DNA from: Candidatus Bathyarchaeia archaeon
Lineage (GTDB): Archaea > Thermoproteota > Bathyarchaeia > Bathyarchaeales > Bathycorpusculaceae
Assembly: GCA_050012255.1 (NCBI GenBank)
Contig: JBEKHN010000032.1
Location: 1 to 10,299 of the forward strand
Length of the DNA stretch: 10,299 bases
Direction: 5' to 3'
Positions 7,217 to 10,299 of this stretch are shown piece by piece. Below the pieces are notes generated by a model. It ran no database searches. It was not told where the DNA came from and saw nothing but the letters and a program-made list of their open reading frames with translations. Both the position numbers and the translations under genes were made by a program. The number at the start of each line of letters is the position of its first letter. The first letter of the stretch is position 1.

Positions 7217-8182
7217 ATGGAGAAAATGTTAGTGACTGGTGGAGCGGGCTTCATTGGAAGTCACCTGATTGAAGCTCTTATGGCCCGCAGAATCAACGTC
7301 TGCGTTTTCGACGACTTCGCAGCTGGAACCCTGCAGAACATTAAACCGTGGCTTAAAGATCCAGGCTTCAGCTTCATAAAAGGCGATCTGCTGTGTTCAG
7401 CTGACTTGGCAAAGATTGAGAAAACATGTTTCGAAACAGTCTTTCACTTCGCAGCAAACCCAGAAGTCAGGGCTGGCTTAACTAACCCAGATGTCCACTT
7501 TCAACAAAACGTGGTCGCCACACGCAACCTTCTGGAAGCCGTTAGAAAAGCCGAAAACAAACCTACATTAATCTTCACATCAACATCCACGGTTTATGGT
7601 GAGCCTACGAAAATTCCTACGCCTGAAGATTATGCTCCGCTGAAGCCGATTTCCACTTACGGCGCGTCTAAACTGGCCTGCGAAGCCCTCATCTCAGCTT
7701 ACGCGTACACCTACGGTTTCAAAGCCATAATCTACCGCCTAGCCAACATAGTAGGCCAAAGAAGCCAACACGGCGTAATCCACGACTTCATCCAAAAACT
7801 ACAGAAAAACCCAAACGAACTCGAAATCCTCGGCGACGGAACCCAAAACAAATCCTATCTCCACATAAACGACTGCATAGAAGCCATACTCCTAGGACAG
7901 GAGAAATCAACAGAGCAAGTTGAGATTTACAACGTCGGGTCAGAAGACCAAATAGACGTAAAAACCATAGCTCAAATTGCCGCTGAGAAAATGGGCCTTC
8001 AACACGTCAAGTTCAAGTTCACAGGCGGAGTAGATGGCGGAAGAGGCTGGAAAGGCGACGTTAAAAACATGCTCCTAGACGTAAGCAAAATCAAATCATT
8101 AGGCTGGAAACCAAAACTCAACAGCAAACAAGCCATAACAAAAACCGTAAAAGAACTAATACCTTTTACCTGTACTTTTTGA
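7217..8182 (+). CDS. NAD-dependent epimerase/dehydratase (extended SDR, UDP-glucose 4-epimerase-like)
   Basis: TGGAGFIG Rossmann motif, HFAA, STSTVYG, catalytic YGASK, RLANIVG, GDGTQNKSY, GWKP C-terminus. Confidence 0.95.
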   Translation: MEKMLVTGGAGFIGSHLIEALMARRINVCVFDDFAAGTLQNIKPWLKDPGFSFIKGDLLCSADLAKIEKTCFETVFHFAANPEVRAGLTNPDVHFQQNVVATRNLLEAVRKAENKPTLIFTSTSTVYGEPTKIPTPEDYAPLKPISTYGASKLACEALISAYAYTYGFKAIIYRLANIVGQRSQHGVIHDFIQKLQKNPNELEILGDGTQNKSYLHINDCIEAILLGQEKSTEQVEIYNVGSEDQIDVKTIAQIAAEKMGLQHVKFKFTGGVDGGRGWKGDVKNMLLDVSKIKSLGWKPKLNSKQAITKTVKELIPFTCTF

Positions 8183-8198
8183 AGTACCCCTTTTCCTG

Positions 8199-8645
8199 TT
8201 AGCCTAAGTAAGCCGCTTTGACTTCTTCCTTATTCGATGTGTCTACCAGTCTTTGGTCGCCAGAGAGAAGCTGGTCCACGCCGAGATGTTTTGCCGAGAC
8301 TACTTGTAGCGCGTCAGCTGCGTAGATGTGATGTTTCTCTACAAGCAGCCAACACTCCGCAAGCAGTCTTGATCTTACAGGAACAACCTTAGCTACACCC
8401 AGCTTCAGCAGTCTCACAGTCTCAGCGATGAAAGATTCGCGAGCAGCCCTGTAATCTTCACTCTCCAGCCAGTTCCTTCTATAATACGTGTCCAACGCCC
8501 CTAAAACCTCACCCACGTTCCAAACTGAAAAATGCAAAGTCGCAACGCCGTTAAAGGCCCTCAAGTAGGTCTCTCTAACCTCGTCTGATCCTTCCTCGAG
8601 CACATATCTCTTAACGATGGCACTTGAGTCCAAGTAAACTTTCAA
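8199..8645 (-). CDS. vapC: PIN-domain toxin (VapC family)
   Basis: VYLDSSAIVKRY, conserved acidic residues in VGEV, ADALQ, SGDQRL; 148 aa; TTG start overlaps the upstream stop. Confidence 0.92.
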   Translation of the reverse strand: MKVYLDSSAIVKRYVLEEGSDEVRETYLRAFNGVATLHFSVWNVGEVLGALDTYYRRNWLESEDYRAARESFIAETVRLLKLGVAKVVPVRSRLLAECWLLVEKHHIYAADALQVVSAKHLGVDQLLSGDQRLVDTSNKEEVKAAYLG

Positions 8646-8911
8646 ACTGCTTGCTCCCTCAATTCGCTGATAACCTTTCCAGCAGAAGTGGCGACCTTCG
8701 GCTTAACAGGCCTCACCTCTAGATCAGTTGACATTCTGGAACACATCTTCTCCAGCGCCTCAGCCACAACCAGCTCGCTGAGCTCCTCCTCCAAAGCCTC
8801 CTCAACTGCTCCACTCACCCCCTTTAAACCCCTCTTCGAAGAAGCTTTGACCTTAAAAATCTCCCAAAGGCCCTCATCGATCATTATACTCGTCTTAATC
8901 TTCCCCTTCAT
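8642..8911 (-). CDS. vapB: Antitoxin with ribbon-helix-helix-like N-terminus (VapB)
   Basis: KIKTSIMIDEGLWEIFK...VSGAVEEAL RHH pattern, C-terminal SAGKVISELRE; directly upstream of and coupled to the PIN gene. Confidence 0.8.
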   Translation of the reverse strand: MKGKIKTSIMIDEGLWEIFKVKASSKRGLKGVSGAVEEALEEELSELVVAEALEKMCSRMSTDLEVRPVKPKVATSAGKVISELREQAV

Positions 8912-8932
8912 ACACTTAACCCTACGTAACGA

Positions 8933-8956
8933 AAGGAGTAAATACTCCTTAATAAC
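8933..8956 (-). promoter_or_regulatory. vapBC promoter: TATA-like TTATTAAG with overlapping palindromic operator
   Basis: Perfect IR AAGGAGTA-AA-TACTCCTT at 8933-8950, 22-39 nt upstream of the vapB ATG; TTATTAAG on the minus strand at about 8956-8948. Confidence 0.7.
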
Positions 8957-8963
8957 CCTTGCA

Positions 8964-9300
8964 CACGTGCACTCTGAAGATCAGATAGACATCAAAACTC
9001 TCAGCAAGCTTCTGTGTATAAGCAAACAACAACGCTCAAAACGAAGCTTTCTGCTTTCTAGTACTAAACACCCCAGCCCCCATCTCAATCCATCTAGCAA
9101 AAACTCTCAACGAAGCCTTCACCACCGCCTACGCCACACACGCCTTCAAAGGAAGAAGAGGCTGGAAGGGCGACGTCAAAAACATGCTCCTAGACGCAAG
9201 CAAAATCAAATCATTAGGCTGGAAACCAAAACTCAACAGCAAACAAGCAATAAGACAAGCCATTAAAGCCCGCGCGACCACAAAAAAGACAAACAGGTAA
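8964..9300 (+). pseudogene. Scrambled remnants of NAD-dependent epimerase gene(s)
   Basis: 9155-9253 matches 8040-8138 at 95/99 nt; 8973-8999 encodes SEDQIDIKT (gene: SEDQIDVKT); 9112-9150 encodes [13 protein letters not shown] (gene: EALISAYAYTYGFK). Confidence 0.9.
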
Positions 9301-9342
9301 CCAACCATCTTCACGCGCGAGGCAAAAGACGCGCGCGCGATA

Positions 9343-9597
9343 TTATTGGTAAATCGTTTTTCTTGGGCCTATGGCTATAATGTAAATGGTCTTGTCTTTC
9401 TCTGAAATGGTGTAGATTATTCTGAGTTTCCCAACTCGTAGGCTGTAGTTTTCTTTCAAGTCTCCGTGAAGTCGTTTTCCTGCGTAGGATTGAATCTCTA
9501 AACCGATTAAACTTTCTAGAACTTGGGTTTTGACCTTTTCTTCTAGCTTTTTATAGAATTTCTCGGCTTGTCTTGATAAGAGAATCGTGTATTTCAA
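9343..9597 (-). CDS. relE: RelE/ParE-family toxin
   Basis: YTILLSRQAEKFYKKL...GKRLHGDL...YSLRVGKLRIIY...IIAIGPRKTIY; basic, 84 aa. Confidence 0.93.
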   Translation of the reverse strand: MKYTILLSRQAEKFYKKLEEKVKTQVLESLIGLEIQSYAGKRLHGDLKENYSLRVGKLRIIYTISEKDKTIYIIAIGPRKTIYQ

Positions 9598-9812
9598 TGG
9601 GCTTCTTCCTTTAGAAGACTGTGCAGTTCCTTGACTCTTCCAGTCTTGATGTCTTCGAGGCCTTTGCGGATGTCTTTCATCATGTCTGAATCGCTTAAAA
9701 TCTCAATGGTCTCCAAGAGCTCGCCCATTAGCTTTGTGGCTTCGTCAAGCTTCTGCTTGGTTTCGGAGAGGAGCTTTCGGTCTTCCTCATCTAAATATGC
9801 AACCTTCGCCAT
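9594..9812 (-). CDS. Cognate antitoxin of RelE (likely start ATG 9812)
   Basis: Small acidic ORF coupled to relE; LLETIEILSDSDMMKDIRKGLEDIKTGRV is a typical antitoxin C-terminal pattern; GTGA SD-like sequence upstream of ATG 9812. Confidence 0.8.
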   Translation of the reverse strand: MAKVAYLDEEDRKLLSETKQKLDEATKLMGELLETIEILSDSDMMKDIRKGLEDIKTGRVKELHSLLKEEAH

Positions 9813-10070
9813 TAAAATCACTCAAGTATTACAGATGTGGATCCGACTAATAAATTTGAAAGCGGAAACGCATGGTAGCCTCAACAAGTGCTTCGAGTGT
9901 TCTCTCTTCATGATAGTTCTAGTCAAATCGCTTTCTGCCTGCTTAAAAGCTAAATCACAGATGAATTAGGCGCGCGCGCCATTCTTAAGGCATATTTGTA
10001 TTGTATCGTAGGCCCGGGCTAGGGGCCCGCCTGAACATACACGCCAAAAGCGCGCGCATAAACCATAAAG

Positions 10071-10078
10071 CTTATAAA
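10071..10078 (+). promoter_or_regulatory. TATA box of the AbrB-type gene
   Basis: CTTATAAA preceded by an A-rich BRE-like stretch, about 34 nt upstream of ATG 10112. Confidence 0.55.
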
Positions 10079-10111
10079 CGTAGAAATCCCTCTTTAAAGT
10101 GGGAATACAAA

Positions 10112-10299
10112 ATGGAAATCCAGATTGGCGATAAAGGAAGGATGACCCTTCCCCTCAAATTAAGAATGCTGCTAGGCATAAAAGAAGGCGACTGTTTAAC
10201 CATTGAAATGGCAACCGGTGGCATATTCCTCAAGCCTAAAGGCGCCTCAGCAAAAGAAGTGTGGGGAGCAGCCAAGCTCAAGAAAGTTGAAATCGAAGA
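10112..10299 (+). CDS. AbrB/MazE/SpoVT-family DNA-binding protein, probable antitoxin; partial at right edge
   Basis: Own translation MEIQIGDKGRMTLPLKLRMLLGIKEGDCLTIEMATGGIFLKPK fits the KGRxTLPxxxRxxLGIxEGD signature. Confidence 0.9.
   Translation, partial: MEIQIGDKGRMTLPLKLRMLLGIKEGDCLTIEMATGGIFLKPKGASAKEVWGAAKLKKVEIE

Larger units (their letters stand above)
408..10057. repeat. Dispersed palindrome GCGCGCGC, 12 loci (alternating GC runs of 8-11 bp)
   Basis: Runs at 408-415, 709-717, 3323-3330, 3646-3656, 5311-5318, 5947-5954, 6310-6317, 7035-7043, 7132-7141, 9330-9339, 9970-9979, 10050-10057. Confidence 0.9.

Noticed and set aside
8688-9314. ORFs 8688-9266 (+) and 9129-9314 (-)
   Set aside because: Antisense to vapB or off-frame/antisense through the epimerase remnant; only the SEDQIDIKT piece is meaningful.
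9860-9968. HEPN-like remnant (FKQAESDL) on the minus strand; ORF 9631-9969 (+)
   Set aside because: Match too short to support; the + ORF is antisense to the antitoxin.
10010-10032. GC-rich hairpin as tRNA/SRP fragment or att site
   Set aside because: No cloverleaf, T-arm or second copy in the window.
10072-10281. 69-aa minus-strand ORF
   Set aside because: Antisense shadow of the AbrB-family gene.

Overview
Archaeal accessory region; gene style and families suggest Bathyarchaeia, but this is inference. The left ~6.3 kb looks like a decaying integrated element. It has an origin-like repeat block (408-717), a leftward operon (ParB-like remnant, ParB/Srx+HTH gene split at a 4-nt repeat, HExxD protein, Cys-motif/winged-HTH protein), a divergent wHTH regulator, an orphan PriS-type primase and two broken Zn-finger mini-genes. 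No integrase or att site is visible. The right part holds a membrane protein, an NAD-dependent sugar epimerase and a toxin-antitoxin cluster (VapBC, RelBE, start of an AbrB-type gene), with scrambled epimerase remnants between VapBC and RelBE. The most striking unexplained signal is the palindrome GCGCGCGC at 12 loci, mostly at module boundaries. No rRNA, tRNA or CRISPR array was seen.
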